From Patescibacteria group bacterium (GTDB lineage Bacteria; Patescibacteriota; Minisyncoccia; 2-02-FULL-40-12; IGHO2-01-FULL-4-A), in contig JBBTSB010000003.1 of NCBI GenBank assembly GCA_038064915.1, forward strand, positions 13,395-77,394: a stretch of 64,000 bases of DNA. Reading direction: 5' to 3'. Position numbers and translations under genes: made by a program. The notes below the pieces were generated by a model, which was not told where the DNA came from, ran no database searches, and was given only the letters and a program-made list of their open reading frames with translations. Below, piece after piece: positions 21,270-31,152 of this stretch. Each line of letters starts with the position of its first letter. Within the stretch, counting starts at the first letter, position 1.

Positions 21270-22902
21270 CATACCGGTTCTCTGCGCTATCTTTTTTGGA
21301 GCGTTCATGATGACGCCGTTTTTAGCACAGCGCATACATCTGGGTGATCAGTTTCAGGGACTCTATCAACCGGTTGCGAATGATACCTATTTTTACATGT
21401 CACGGATTCAAGATGCTCTTGATGGTCATCCTTTTTTGAGCAATAGCTATCTTTGGGAGCACAAGGACGGTCTGCCACAACAGCTTTTTTTGGCGGAGAA
21501 TGTATTAGCGCGACCGCTTGCGTTATTTAACCTCACAACACAACAAGGAATCGTGCTCTATACTGGTATTCTCAATGGCATAATATTCCTTCTTTTCTAC
21601 AGAGTACTGTACGCGATGAGCAGGTCGCGTTCAGTTTCAATTATGGGAAGTTTTGTATTTCTTGTTGGCCTTTTTGTTTTTAAATTTCTTCGCCCAGTAA
21701 GTCCTCAATTTAATTTTATTTTTTTTCTCACACAGTTTTTGTTTCTTTGGAAATGTATTCAATTCGACGCACGTACGAAGTGGTTCGTGCTGTGTGGTTT
21801 GAATTTGGGCCTCCTTGTTTATATCTATCCTTATTACTGGACGTTTTTCCTGCTCTTGATTATTTTCTTGCTGATAAAAGAGAGAAAACTTTTTATTTCT
21901 CTGTGTGTTGCGGCACTTGTCGGAGTTCCCTATGTTATTCTGGCGATCAAAGCCTCACATTTGCTTGAATACAGCGAAACGCTTACACGATTGGGAATGA
22001 TCGCTACACGATTTCCCTCTGGTATCGAAATTCTGATTGTTTGCACCCTCCTTGTGGTGCTATTTTGGTTTTGTGTGCGCATGGGTCTTGTATCGGCAGA
22101 TCGTAAAATATGGTTTTTTATTCTTGCTCTTGTTGCCAGCGTCGCCGTGATGAACCAGCACGTGATTACCAATAAGAACCTGGAATTTTCCTCGCACTAT
22201 TATTTGGGTGGAATGACGACGGCTTTTTTTGCAACTATATATATTCTCTATAACGCGAAATTTTCTTTTTCGCGCCGAGCACTACTCATGAGGACTCTTG
22301 CGGTCTTGTCGCTGGTGATTATTTTGCGAGGTGCGATCGGATTTAGTAAGGATATCGCTGATACTCCACCAAATTTCCAATTACAGTCTTATGCCCCTAT
22401 ACTCCAATGGCTTCGTCAAAACACCATTCCGGAATCAGTGGTGTATTCAAATGAGGAATTGTCCACGATCATTCCCGCGTACACTTCCAATAATGTTTAT
22501 TTTGCCCGGAATGCAAATCTTTTTTTCCTTTCTGACGCCGAAACAATTGATCGGGCCTTAATTGGTCACTATTTTGATACGATTGATACGCAATGGGTTC
22601 ATGACCACGTTCGTGAATTATATGGCGTACGCTACCAGGATATCTACGGGCATCTTGTACAAGAGAACAAGTTGCGCAAGCTTTTACGCCTACCTCAAAA
22701 AACTGCCATCATGCTTCCCGACGAAGCGATAGAGCGTGTTGTGACCCGAGCTCAGCACATCCAAGCAATGGGTTTTCAGAAAGCCCTCCAGCACTATCGT
22801 GTTGATTATGTAATTTCGGAATCAATTCGCAATCCGGAGTTCATGAAACCGGTAGCTACCGTAGGAACGTTCACGATATTTCAGGTTTCTTTCGGGCGAT
22901 AA
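21250..22902 (+). CDS. Multi-pass membrane protein (GT-C/polymerase-like)
   Basis: About 11 hydrophobic segments, D..FY..RI loop, soluble C-terminal domain ending YRVDYVI. Confidence 0.6.
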   Translation: MKIVYASIPVLCAIFFGAFMMTPFLAQRIHLGDQFQGLYQPVANDTYFYMSRIQDALDGHPFLSNSYLWEHKDGLPQQLFLAENVLARPLALFNLTTQQGIVLYTGILNGIIFLLFYRVLYAMSRSRSVSIMGSFVFLVGLFVFKFLRPVSPQFNFIFFLTQFLFLWKCIQFDARTKWFVLCGLNLGLLVYIYPYYWTFFLLLIIFLLIKERKLFISLCVAALVGVPYVILAIKASHLLEYSETLTRLGMIATRFPSGIEILIVCTLLVVLFWFCVRMGLVSADRKIWFFILALVASVAVMNQHVITNKNLEFSSHYYLGGMTTAFFATIYILYNAKFSFSRRALLMRTLAVLSLVIILRGAIGFSKDIADTPPNFQLQSYAPILQWLRQNTIPESVVYSNEELSTIIPAYTSNNVYFARNANLFFLSDAETIDRALIGHYFDTIDTQWVHDHVRELYGVRYQDIYGHLVQENKLRKLLRLPQKTAIMLPDEAIERVVTRAQHIQAMGFQKALQHYRVDYVISESIRNPEFMKPVATVGTFTIFQVSFGR

Positions 22903-23749
22903 GAAAAAAATTGTCGTAAAGATTTATAGGTATGGCAATTTTATTGAGTTGCGATGCTTGTGTTCGATCCGCAAGCTTAACAATAGCTGGACTTTTCCAC
23001 CAATTTCCGAGCATCTGCAATATATATGGGAGAGTGAATTTTTTCCCTATTTTTTTATGCATCATCACTTCAAAGCCCAGTGATGGTAATATCTTTTTCA
23101 TGGTGTACGGACTAAAGAAATAAAGATGTTCCGGAGGCACGACAAGGTGCCAGTGAGTTTTCAGTATGCGAGATAGGGCACTACCTCCGTGTGGTGTGTT
23201 GATTGCTAGTACGCCCCCGGGCTTTAGAATTTTTTGTATGTATTGGAGAGTTGCATTCGGATTTGGTACGTGTTCAATGACGTCCCATGCCGTCACTACG
23301 TCCAATGAGTTTGCGGGTATATTTTGTTCTTCAACGATACCGGTGGCCACCGATATTCCCTTAGCGCGAGCAAGTGATGCCGCATAATCGGATATTTCCA
23401 CACCCTGGGTTTTCCATCCGCGCTGACGAGCCAAGTCTAGAAAAAATCCTGTGGCCGCCCCTAGGTCAAGCATCGTACCCCGGGCAGGAATGATTTTTTC
23501 GATTTCATCAAGATATTTCAAAAAAGCGCTTCGCATAGGTTCTTTATCTCGCTCGTAATCTACATAGCCAAACCCCTCCTTCGCGCCGTAAAAGTAGGAT
23601 TTGTTGTAGAGTGTTGTGGTCTGGGAAGGTAGAGGAGAAACAAAAATCAAATCACACGCTTGGCACCGGTAGAGATCGTATGAATCTTTTGTTCCCCACA
23701 GTGTCGTGGCGTCAGCTTGACATACGTGGCAGATAGGAGATGTTTGCAC
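22871..23749 (-). CDS. Class I SAM-dependent methyltransferase with N-terminal Cys motif
   Basis: CHVC..C..C, LDLGAATG, DVIEHV, PPEHLYFF; GTG start. Confidence 0.88.
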   Translation of the reverse strand: MQTSPICHVCQADATTLWGTKDSYDLYRCQACDLIFVSPLPSQTTTLYNKSYFYGAKEGFGYVDYERDKEPMRSAFLKYLDEIEKIIPARGTMLDLGAATGFFLDLARQRGWKTQGVEISDYAASLARAKGISVATGIVEEQNIPANSLDVVTAWDVIEHVPNPNATLQYIQKILKPGGVLAINTPHGGSALSRILKTHWHLVVPPEHLYFFSPYTMKKILPSLGFEVMMHKKIGKKFTLPYILQMLGNWWKSPAIVKLADRTQASQLNKIAIPINLYDNFFLIARKKPEIS

Positions 23750-23756
23750 ACTGTTT

Positions 23757-23785
23757 ACTATAGGTAACTTTTATTTTTCGGTCAA
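23757..23785 (-). promoter_or_regulatory. Sigma70 promoter, probably giving a leaderless transcript
   Basis: TTGACC-17 nt-TATAGT-7 nt-GTG on the minus strand. Confidence 0.6.
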
Positions 23786-23848
23786 ATACAGTCTATTGCT
23801 ATTTATCGCAAGATGTGGTTTGATTGTTGGTACGGAAAGGAGGGCGAA

Positions 23849-24427
23849 ATGGATCGCCTTCTGAAGTTTTGGGAAGTGTCGGACCGGCCGCCACAGGGGC
23901 GTGTCGATCTGGTCGTCGGATTTACCCTCCCGCAGAATAAAGTAGGGGGAGTGAGTGGGGTTCTCGAAAACCTGATTCAAACCGTGGCCCGTGAGTATCA
24001 CCGATCGGGACGCGGGACGAAGGTACAGCTCGAGAACCGGTTTCCTGTTGCGGGAACCATCCTTGGAGAGGTGGCTCGCAAGCGTGCTCGGGAACTGCGG
24101 ATTCGCGCGGAAGATCTTCTCGTGTGCCCCAAGTACATTCCGCTCGAACGTATCCGCAACACATTTGCGGAAGCAGTTCTGGCGGTCGAGCTCACGGACC
24201 AGCCATATCGCGTCCTTATCGTCGCGAACCATTTGCACATGCGGCGGGCAAGGAAAGCGATGCGAAGGGCCACGTCCAGTTACGCGTGTGAGCTTTTCTG
24301 GGTGAGTGCCCGGGACCTGTCGGCCTATGGGCCAAATCACGCGCAGCCGAGCTTCCGGCACCCACTGTTGTTCTGTATTCAGGAGATCTGCGCCCTGGTG
24401 TACTCCAAGATTCGGGGTTGGGCGTAG
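23849..24427 (+). CDS. YdcF/DUF218-like protein (high GC)
   Basis: NT..EA and IVAN.LHM.RA motifs; SD AAGGAGG. Confidence 0.65.
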   Translation: MDRLLKFWEVSDRPPQGRVDLVVGFTLPQNKVGGVSGVLENLIQTVAREYHRSGRGTKVQLENRFPVAGTILGEVARKRARELRIRAEDLLVCPKYIPLERIRNTFAEAVLAVELTDQPYRVLIVANHLHMRRARKAMRRATSSYACELFWVSARDLSAYGPNHAQPSFRHPLLFCIQEICALVYSKIRGWA

Positions 24428-24467
24428 ATTTTTTTTGCGATTTTCCAAAAATAGTTTAGTATACAGT

Positions 24468-25178
24468 ATGCTTTCCACGTGCATCATTATCCCCACACTT
24501 CGCGAGCGGAATAATTTACTTAAACTGACTCCTGTTGTATTTCAACATGTACCGCAGGCGGCTTTGTTAATTGTGGATGATGATTCTCGAGATGGTACGC
24601 GTGAGCTAATTGATAATTTTCAAAAACAACATCAAAATCTGCACCTCCTTGAGCGTCACGACAAGCGTGGTTATGGGTATGCTATCATAGCCGGTCTTGC
24701 ATGGGCGCATACAAGGGGATTTGATAAGGTGGTTACCATGGATGCTGATTTTTCCCACGACCCCAAAGAAATTCCAGCAATGTTGGATAAACTGTATCAA
24801 CACGATGTTGTCATTGGCTCACGGTATGTTCCAGGTGGGGGGATCGAACGCTGGTCTATTCATCGGCGCCTCTTGAGCTGGTTTGCCCAGAGATATGTCC
24901 GATTTATTTTGGGGACCCATTTTCATGATAGTACGACAGGGTTTGTAGGATACAGCAAAAAAGCCATTGTTTATCTTCTTGCACACGGACCGAAATCAGA
25001 AGGATATTCCTTTTTGTTGGAATGTAAACACATTCTCCAGCGTGCTGGACATACAATCGCTGAACATCCAATCATTTACACCGGGCGGCGCGAAGAACAG
25101 TCAAAAATGTCATGGAAAAATATCTGGGAATCCATCTGGTTGCCCTGGAGGTTGCGTTTTGATAGACTGAAAAGATGA
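24468..25178 (+). CDS. Polyprenol-phosphate glycosyltransferase (DPM1-like GT2)
   Basis: IIPT..E..N, VDDDSRDGT, MDADFSHDP, GSRYV.GG, SKMS. Confidence 0.9.
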   Translation: MLSTCIIIPTLRERNNLLKLTPVVFQHVPQAALLIVDDDSRDGTRELIDNFQKQHQNLHLLERHDKRGYGYAIIAGLAWAHTRGFDKVVTMDADFSHDPKEIPAMLDKLYQHDVVIGSRYVPGGGIERWSIHRRLLSWFAQRYVRFILGTHFHDSTTGFVGYSKKAIVYLLAHGPKSEGYSFLLECKHILQRAGHTIAEHPIIYTGRREEQSKMSWKNIWESIWLPWRLRFDRLKR

Positions 25179-27409
25179 CTTCGCAGCAATTGGAAAAGAT
25201 CGTCCGGTGGGGGATCTACTCGTGCGCGCTCATTCCCCTGATTATTTTTAAAGAATTTTTCTCGCCATTTCATTTTGGCAAAGTTGTCGTGTTTCGAACG
25301 CTGATTGAAATCCTCCTTGTATTCTATGTCGCGTTGGTTCTCAAAGATAGAAGTTTTTTGCCCAAACCAACAAAGCTTTTCTGGGCCATCACGATCTTTA
25401 CTGGTGTCTTCGGTTTGACGTCGCTGACCGGCGTGTATCCGTATCAGAGCATCATGGGAACCCTGGAGCGTATGGGAGGGTGGTTTTCATTTCTCCATTT
25501 TTGGGCGATGTTTGTAATGATGATTTCGGTCTTGCGAACCAAGGAACAATGGCTGACACTGGTGAAAATTTCCGTCGTGGCAAGTTTACTTTCCACGGTC
25601 TACGGTTTTTTGCAAAAGACAACTGTTTCTTGGGTAGTTGGAGCCACGGGACGTGAGCGTATTTTCGGCGCACTCGGCAACACAGCGCTTTTTGCCGGAT
25701 ACACATTGGTGAATGTATTTCTTGGTATACTCTTGACCATACACACCCCTAAAGCAGAACGCTGGCTCTATGGATCAATATCTCTGATAAATACTATCGC
25801 AGTTTTCATGACCGTAGTTCGCGGTTCGTTGTTGGGTATCGTGGTGTCCTTGGGGGTATTTGGGGTACTGTATCTTTTCAGCGGCACGTCTCGAAAATCC
25901 CTTGGCTACGGTTTGCTCGGCGTCATCGCCGTCATCATGTTCCTCGAAGTAATATTGATCAGTAGCCGTGATAGCACTTGGGTAAAGCAAAGTAATTTCT
26001 TTTCCCGTCTCGCCAATGTTTCTGCTAGTGGGAAAACCGTACAAACCCGACTCTGGGCATGGCAGGCGGGAATCGACGGGTGGAACGACAACGCCAAAAC
26101 GATGTTGTTTGGCTGGGGACCGGAAAATTTCAACGTGCCTTTTTCAAAACACTTTAACCCAAAGTTTTTTGCGGGAATCGGTTCAGAGACGCTGTTTGAC
26201 CGTGCTCACAATATGTTCGTAGAGGTGCTCGTGACCATGGGATTGATAGGTATCATATCGTACCTTGGTATATTTGCCGTGATGTTTTGGATGGCATGGA
26301 AACTATATCGAGGTCCGGACCATTCCCGGCGGTTGACCGGAGCGGTCGTATTCGCAGGGTTGATAGGGTACTGCATCCACAACGCTTTTATTTTTGACAC
26401 TTCGGGGAATTTTATCGCGTTCTTTATTTTCGCAGGTTTTTTGTACTTTTTTGGCACTCATACGCCTGTTGCCGTTTCCGTCGCGCAGAGCAAAGCACTC
26501 CCCACATCATTGCGTTATTCTGTCCTCATGCTTCTTTCGATTCTCGTCCTCGTTTCCATTTATCAAACCAATATCTTGCCTGCCCGTGCGAACTATGCGG
26601 GGACGCGCGCCGTTGTCGCTTCGTGGTCGGATGATCATGCTACGTCGGTCAAAAAATTCCAGGAATCACTTGAGTATGATACCTTTTTAAACTACGAGCT
26701 TCGACATCGCTTTACCCAGTATGTGCTGGAAAACTATGGTAAATTCTCCGCCAAGGGTATTGACCCGGGGAAGACACTGGTGGCTGTGGCAGAGGAAGTG
26801 AAGAAAAACTTTTCTTCGCCGATGGACTACCTGCCCTACCTCTATGTGAGCAGAACGTACATTGTATTGGGAAAGAGCGATCCGGCTTCTCCCTTCAACG
26901 ATCTTGCCGTAGAAAACAGTCTCAAGGCGTTGGAGATTTCTCCCACGTTCGTACGTTCCTACTATGAACTTGCTCAGGCATATCTAAACAAAGAAGATTA
27001 CCCCAAGGCCATTGCGGCATTTCAAAAGGCGGCTGAACTCAATCCCGACGTTCCTGTTTCTTGGTGGTACTTGGGGGCGACACAACTTGATGGACATGAC
27101 TTCACCAACGGCCTTGCGTCGATTCGCAAAGCTGCGGAGCTGGGTTATCGTCTGAGCGAAAATGATCTCCTGCATCTTGTTGGTCCTCTTCTGGAAGCGA
27201 AGCGCTACGCTGAAGTCGTCGATATTCTCGGGGATTTACTCAAGCTCCAGCCGAACAATCCCTCCTACCACGCTCGACTCGCTGCCGTTTATGCGGAAAT
27301 GGGAAGAATTACCGATGCAGTCCGCGAGGCAAAGCGAGCCGCGGAACTAGACTCTTCATTCGAGGCCGAAGCCCGAGCATTTGTCCAAAAAATCGGCGGG
27401 ACGTGGTAG
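25175..27409 (+). CDS. O-antigen ligase family membrane protein with C-terminal TPRs
   Basis: Many TM helices, G.LGN, RGS, TR..AW, GWGPENF, DRAHN; TPR repeats (A.ELNP). Confidence 0.85.
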   Translation: MTSQQLEKIVRWGIYSCALIPLIIFKEFFSPFHFGKVVVFRTLIEILLVFYVALVLKDRSFLPKPTKLFWAITIFTGVFGLTSLTGVYPYQSIMGTLERMGGWFSFLHFWAMFVMMISVLRTKEQWLTLVKISVVASLLSTVYGFLQKTTVSWVVGATGRERIFGALGNTALFAGYTLVNVFLGILLTIHTPKAERWLYGSISLINTIAVFMTVVRGSLLGIVVSLGVFGVLYLFSGTSRKSLGYGLLGVIAVIMFLEVILISSRDSTWVKQSNFFSRLANVSASGKTVQTRLWAWQAGIDGWNDNAKTMLFGWGPENFNVPFSKHFNPKFFAGIGSETLFDRAHNMFVEVLVTMGLIGIISYLGIFAVMFWMAWKLYRGPDHSRRLTGAVVFAGLIGYCIHNAFIFDTSGNFIAFFIFAGFLYFFGTHTPVAVSVAQSKALPTSLRYSVLMLLSILVLVSIYQTNILPARANYAGTRAVVASWSDDHATSVKKFQESLEYDTFLNYELRHRFTQYVLENYGKFSAKGIDPGKTLVAVAEEVKKNFSSPMDYLPYLYVSRTYIVLGKSDPASPFNDLAVENSLKALEISPTFVRSYYELAQAYLNKEDYPKAIAAFQKAAELNPDVPVSWWYLGATQLDGHDFTNGLASIRKAAELGYRLSENDLLHLVGPLLEAKRYAEVVDILGDLLKLQPNNPSYHARLAAVYAEMGRITDAVREAKRAAELDSSFEAEARAFVQKIGGTW

Positions 27410-27414
27410 GTGGG

Positions 27415-27450
27415 AAGTTTAACGTTGCAAGTTTAAAAGTTTAAAGTTGC
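27415..27450. repeat. Heptamer repeat arm A-left
   Basis: AAGTTTA ACGTTGC AAGTTTA A AAGTTTA AAGTTGC. Confidence 0.8.
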
Positions 27451-27453
27451 GGA

Positions 27454-27843
27454 ATGGCGACTATTACAAAATTTGAAGATTTGATTTGCTGGCAGAAAGC
27501 ACGGGAACTTACCAGGGGAATATATCATGCACTTCTAAATTGCCGGGATTACGGGTTCCGAGATCAAATCCAGCGAGCCGTTGTTTCGATCTTGAGCAAC
27601 ATTGCCGAAGGTTTTGAGCGTGGGACACGTGATGAGTTTATCAATTACCTTTTTATTGCAAAAGGATCGGCCGGAGAAGTTCGCGCTCAATTATATGTGG
27701 CATTGGATGCTGGATATATTGATAAAAACGTGTTTGAGATTTTAACAAATTTGACAATGGACTGCTCTCGTCTCACTCACAAACTTGCAATGAGCATTCG
27801 GTCCAGTGCCGTTCGAGGACATCAATTCAAAAGGGAAATCTGA
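27454..27843 (+). CDS. Four-helix bundle protein (23S rRNA intervening-sequence protein family)
   Basis: FEDL..WQKA, DQI.RA.VSI.SNIAEG.ER, F...L.IAKGS.GE. Confidence 0.92.
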   Translation: MATITKFEDLICWQKARELTRGIYHALLNCRDYGFRDQIQRAVVSILSNIAEGFERGTRDEFINYLFIAKGSAGEVRAQLYVALDAGYIDKNVFEILTNLTMDCSRLTHKLAMSIRSSAVRGHQFKREI

Positions 27844-27848
27844 ATACT

Positions 27849-28289
27849 ATGGAACCAGGCATTGATTACATCGGAGTTGGTGTCGGAGCACTTATCGTCA
27901 ATGAGAAAGATGAGACCTTGCTCATGAAGCGCGGTCCCAAAAGTCGTAATTTAATTGACTACTGGAATAAACCAGGGGGCGTGCTTGAATTTGGAGAAAA
28001 TCCTGATGATGCTGTTTATCGTGAAGTTTTCGAAGAAATGGGAGTCGAGATTGAGATTTTGGGGAAGCTGGAATCTACAGCAAGTTTTCTACAAAAAGAA
28101 AAGCAACACTAGGTGTCATTGCAGTATGTTTGTCGTATTACCAAAGGAACACCAACAATCATGGAACCCGACAAAATGGACGAGATAGGATGGTTTCCAC
28201 TTGCGAAATTACCGGAACCTAATGCACCGAACCTCATATCCATCGCTCAAAATTATCTCCGAGAAAAAAGTAAATTTTGGAAACTATAG
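27849..28289 (+). pseudogene. NUDIX hydrolase with an in-frame TAG at 28110-28112
   Basis: Nudix box PGGVLEFGE...A..REV.EE.G; frame continues past TAG as VSLQY..EPDK..EIGWF.L..LP to TAG 28289. Confidence 0.8.
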
Positions 28290-28293
28290 CTCA

Positions 28294-28893
28294 ATGAAAC
28301 TCATCATTTTTGATTTTGATGGCGTGATTGCCGACTCATTCCAGATTTGCTTGGATGCTATCAGAATGTTTCTACCGCACATGACTGCCGACAGGTACCG
28401 ATTGGCTTTTAGCGGTAATATCCGAGATGCCGAATGGCGCAAGACAACTAAGATTGATGAATCCGTGTATTATGCCTCCTATGACCCAGCGTTACTGAGT
28501 TCGAAGCCCTTTGACGGTATGTCGCAAGTTGTACGAGAACTTGCAAAAAGCTATCGCTTATCCATCGTTTCTTCCACACCTGCTCCTGTCATTCGAGAGT
28601 ATCTGAGTAAAAATGAAATGGATGTTTTTGAAAAAGTTCTCGGCCACGAGACGCACCAGTACAAAGACGTAAAGATACAGTTGATTTTGGACGATGCAAA
28701 ATCAGACACGAAAGACGCTGTGTTAGTAACCGATACCCTTGGCGATATTCTGGAAGCTCGCAAAATTGGCCTTGAAGCCATAGCCGTTACCTGGGGATTT
28801 CAACGTAAAGAAACTTTAATGGAAGGCAATCCCAAAATGCTTGTTGAAGCCCCGAAGCAATTATTGGAGAGTATCAATTTTTCTGCGCTTTAA
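28294..28893 (+). CDS. HAD-family hydrolase (phosphoglycolate phosphatase-like)
   Basis: IIFDFDGVIADS, VSS, DT.GD..EA, VTWGF. Confidence 0.88.
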   Translation: MKLIIFDFDGVIADSFQICLDAIRMFLPHMTADRYRLAFSGNIRDAEWRKTTKIDESVYYASYDPALLSSKPFDGMSQVVRELAKSYRLSIVSSTPAPVIREYLSKNEMDVFEKVLGHETHQYKDVKIQLILDDAKSDTKDAVLVTDTLGDILEARKIGLEAIAVTWGFQRKETLMEGNPKMLVEAPKQLLESINFSAL

Positions 28894-28920
28894 ACATTAG
28901 ACTTTTAAACTTTAAACTTG
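28887..28920. repeat. Heptamer repeat arm A-right (inverted relative to A-left)
   Basis: Reverse complement reads C AAGTTTA AAGTTTA A AAGTCTA ATGTTTA AAGC. Confidence 0.8.
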
Positions 28921-28922
28921 AT

Positions 28923-30230
28923 TCAGCGTCCCGATTGGCGGAGGATGATATTGATCGTGCGGAGGATGATACCGATATCCAAGAGGAGGGATCGGTTTTT
29001 GATGTAGTAGAGATCGTATTGCAATTTTTCTGCTGCGTCCTGCACGGAGGCTCCGTAGCGATACTTTAATTGTGCCCAGCCCATGAGCCCGGGCTTGATG
29101 AGATAGCGTTCATTGTAAAAGGGAATTTCACGATTCAGTTGTTCATGAAACTCCGGCCGCTCCGGACGCGGTCCCACTAGAGAGAGGTCGCCCTTGAAGA
29201 TGTTCCATAGCTGGGGAAGTTCGTCAATTCGTGTCTTGCGGAAGAATTTTCCCATTTTTGTGACGCGGGGATCATCTACTGCTGCCCAGACAGCCCCCTT
29301 CGTTTCGGCTTGCGGCACCATAGTGCGAAATTTTGTCACGGAAACAAGGTTTCCGGCCTTTCCTTTTCGGATTTGTCGGTAGAAAATATGATGTCGGATA
29401 GTTGCGGCTACCAAAAGCATCAACGGCAGAGTCACGATGCCGAGAAATATCGCTCCCACGATGTCTACCAGTCTCTTTCCCAACTCGTACCCGCGCCGGT
29501 TTCCACCACTCAAATTGTCCAAGAACCAGCTTTGATCGATGGCACTCAATGGAATTTTCCCAGTGACGCGCTCGGAAAATTTTGAAAGGTTGTAAAATTT
29601 CAGTTGCAAAGGCACAAGCCGATAGAGGACCTCAATAATATGCGGGATGGCGTATACTTCGCGGGCGATGACCAGAGTTTTTACCTCCTGTTCGAGGATT
29701 AGTTTTTCAAGTGTTCCTGCGGCCGCTTCATTTTGGATGTCGATAATGCCAAGTGCGTGGTAGCCGATTTGAGGATTGGCAAGCAAAAAATTATAGAGTT
29801 CCTGCGACTGGTCGCTCAACCCCACGATGAGCGTGTTGTTTCGGTATCCACCACTTACTAAAATGCGATTGTACAATGATCGCCATCCGACTCCCAACGC
29901 GCTGATGATGGCAAGGAAAATGAAGAGATTGGTTTTCGGCGCGATTTCCACAAACGGCATGAGGTAGAAGAATGCGATGGCGATGGCGATATTGATTGCA
30001 AGGGAATAAAAATACGAGGTGAAAAATTGCAGGCTGTTTTTCACGGTACTCAATTCGTAGAGGTTTGCGATGTAGAAAACCAAAATCCAAATCAGAAATA
30101 TGATCGTAAAGGGCAAGAGGTGGATACTAAAATTGCCCACGTAGCCCGACCCGTAGCGAATGACCAGCGTCAGGAAAAGTGCCAGGTAGAGCATCGCGAT
30201 GTCGCCCAGGAGAAGAATTGACTTTCGCAT
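28923..30230 (-). CDS. Polyprenyl-phosphate priming sugar transferase (WcaJ-like)
   Basis: TM N-terminus; KR..DI, KFRTM, DPRVT..G.F.RK.RIDELPQL.N, GPRPERP, KLQYDLYY. Confidence 0.9.
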   Translation of the reverse strand: MRKSILLLGDIAMLYLALFLTLVIRYGSGYVGNFSIHLLPFTIIFLIWILVFYIANLYELSTVKNSLQFFTSYFYSLAINIAIAIAFFYLMPFVEIAPKTNLFIFLAIISALGVGWRSLYNRILVSGGYRNNTLIVGLSDQSQELYNFLLANPQIGYHALGIIDIQNEAAAGTLEKLILEQEVKTLVIAREVYAIPHIIEVLYRLVPLQLKFYNLSKFSERVTGKIPLSAIDQSWFLDNLSGGNRRGYELGKRLVDIVGAIFLGIVTLPLMLLVAATIRHHIFYRQIRKGKAGNLVSVTKFRTMVPQAETKGAVWAAVDDPRVTKMGKFFRKTRIDELPQLWNIFKGDLSLVGPRPERPEFHEQLNREIPFYNERYLIKPGLMGWAQLKYRYGASVQDAAEKLQYDLYYIKNRSLLLDIGIILRTINIILRQSGR

Positions 30231-30258
30231 GCGTTCATAATACAATAAAACAACAAAA

Positions 30259-31152
30259 ATGTCCACGATTTTAGTCACCGGCGGAGCCGGTTTTATAGGG
30301 AGCAATTTTATTCGTTCGCTACGCAATCAGCGAGTTATTAACGTCGACAAACTCACGTATGCGGCTCAAGTACGCAAAGGAGTCATTAAAGCGGACATAG
30401 CAAACAAATCTCAAATCGAAGCAATTTTCAAAAAATATAAACCAGATTACCTCGTCAACTTTGCCGCCGAAACACACGTCGATCGCAGTGTTCATGGCAA
30501 TACGGATGTATTTGTGCAGACAAACGTAAAAGGGGTGCATGTCCTGCTGGAAGCTTGTCGAAAGTATGGCATCAAAAAATACGTCCAGGTGAGCACGGAT
30601 GAAGTCTATGGTGATGTTGAAGTGAATTCCAAGAAAACGTTTACCGAAGCCGCAAAGCTTTCTCCTAGCTCTCCCTATTCAAGTACCAAGGCGGCCGGAG
30701 ATTTGCTTTGCTTGAGTTATCATCGGAGTTTTGGTGTGCCGGTCGTAGTGACGCGTGGGAGCAATACCTACGGTCCCTATCAGTATCCGGAAAAACTGAT
30801 TCCTTTTTTTGTGAAGCGGATGCTTGCAGGGAAAACCATGCCGCTCTATGGCGATGGCAAAAATACCCGCGATTGGCTTTTCGTGGAAGATCACTGTCGT
30901 GGTATAGAACTGGTATTAAAAAAAGGTAAGCCGGGAGAAATCTACAATATCAGTGCCGAGGAATATCATACAAATATTGACCTTGCGCGTCGCATCGGCG
31001 GCAAAATCGAATTTGTCACCGACCGTCCCGGTCATGATCGCAAGTACGCCCCGGACTCAAGTAAAATCCGTAAGCAGCTTGGCTGGAAACCCAAAGCGAA
31101 GTTTGACGAGGCATTGAAAGAAACGATAGAGTGGTACAAGAAAAATTTATGA
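30259..31152 (+). CDS. rfbB: dTDP-glucose 4,6-dehydratase
   Basis: TGGAGFIGSNF, DKLTYA, AAETHVDRS, STDEVYG, YSSTKA, DRPGHDR.Y. Confidence 0.95.
   Translation: MSTILVTGGAGFIGSNFIRSLRNQRVINVDKLTYAAQVRKGVIKADIANKSQIEAIFKKYKPDYLVNFAAETHVDRSVHGNTDVFVQTNVKGVHVLLEACRKYGIKKYVQVSTDEVYGDVEVNSKKTFTEAAKLSPSSPYSSTKAAGDLLCLSYHRSFGVPVVVTRGSNTYGPYQYPEKLIPFFVKRMLAGKTMPLYGDGKNTRDWLFVEDHCRGIELVLKKGKPGEIYNISAEEYHTNIDLARRIGGKIEFVTDRPGHDRKYAPDSSKIRKQLGWKPKAKFDEALKETIEWYKKNL

Noticed and set aside
27454-27843. Avd-like gene suggesting a diversity-generating retroelement or a 23S rRNA intervening sequence
   Set aside because: No reverse transcriptase, no TR/VR pair and no rRNA sequence in the window.
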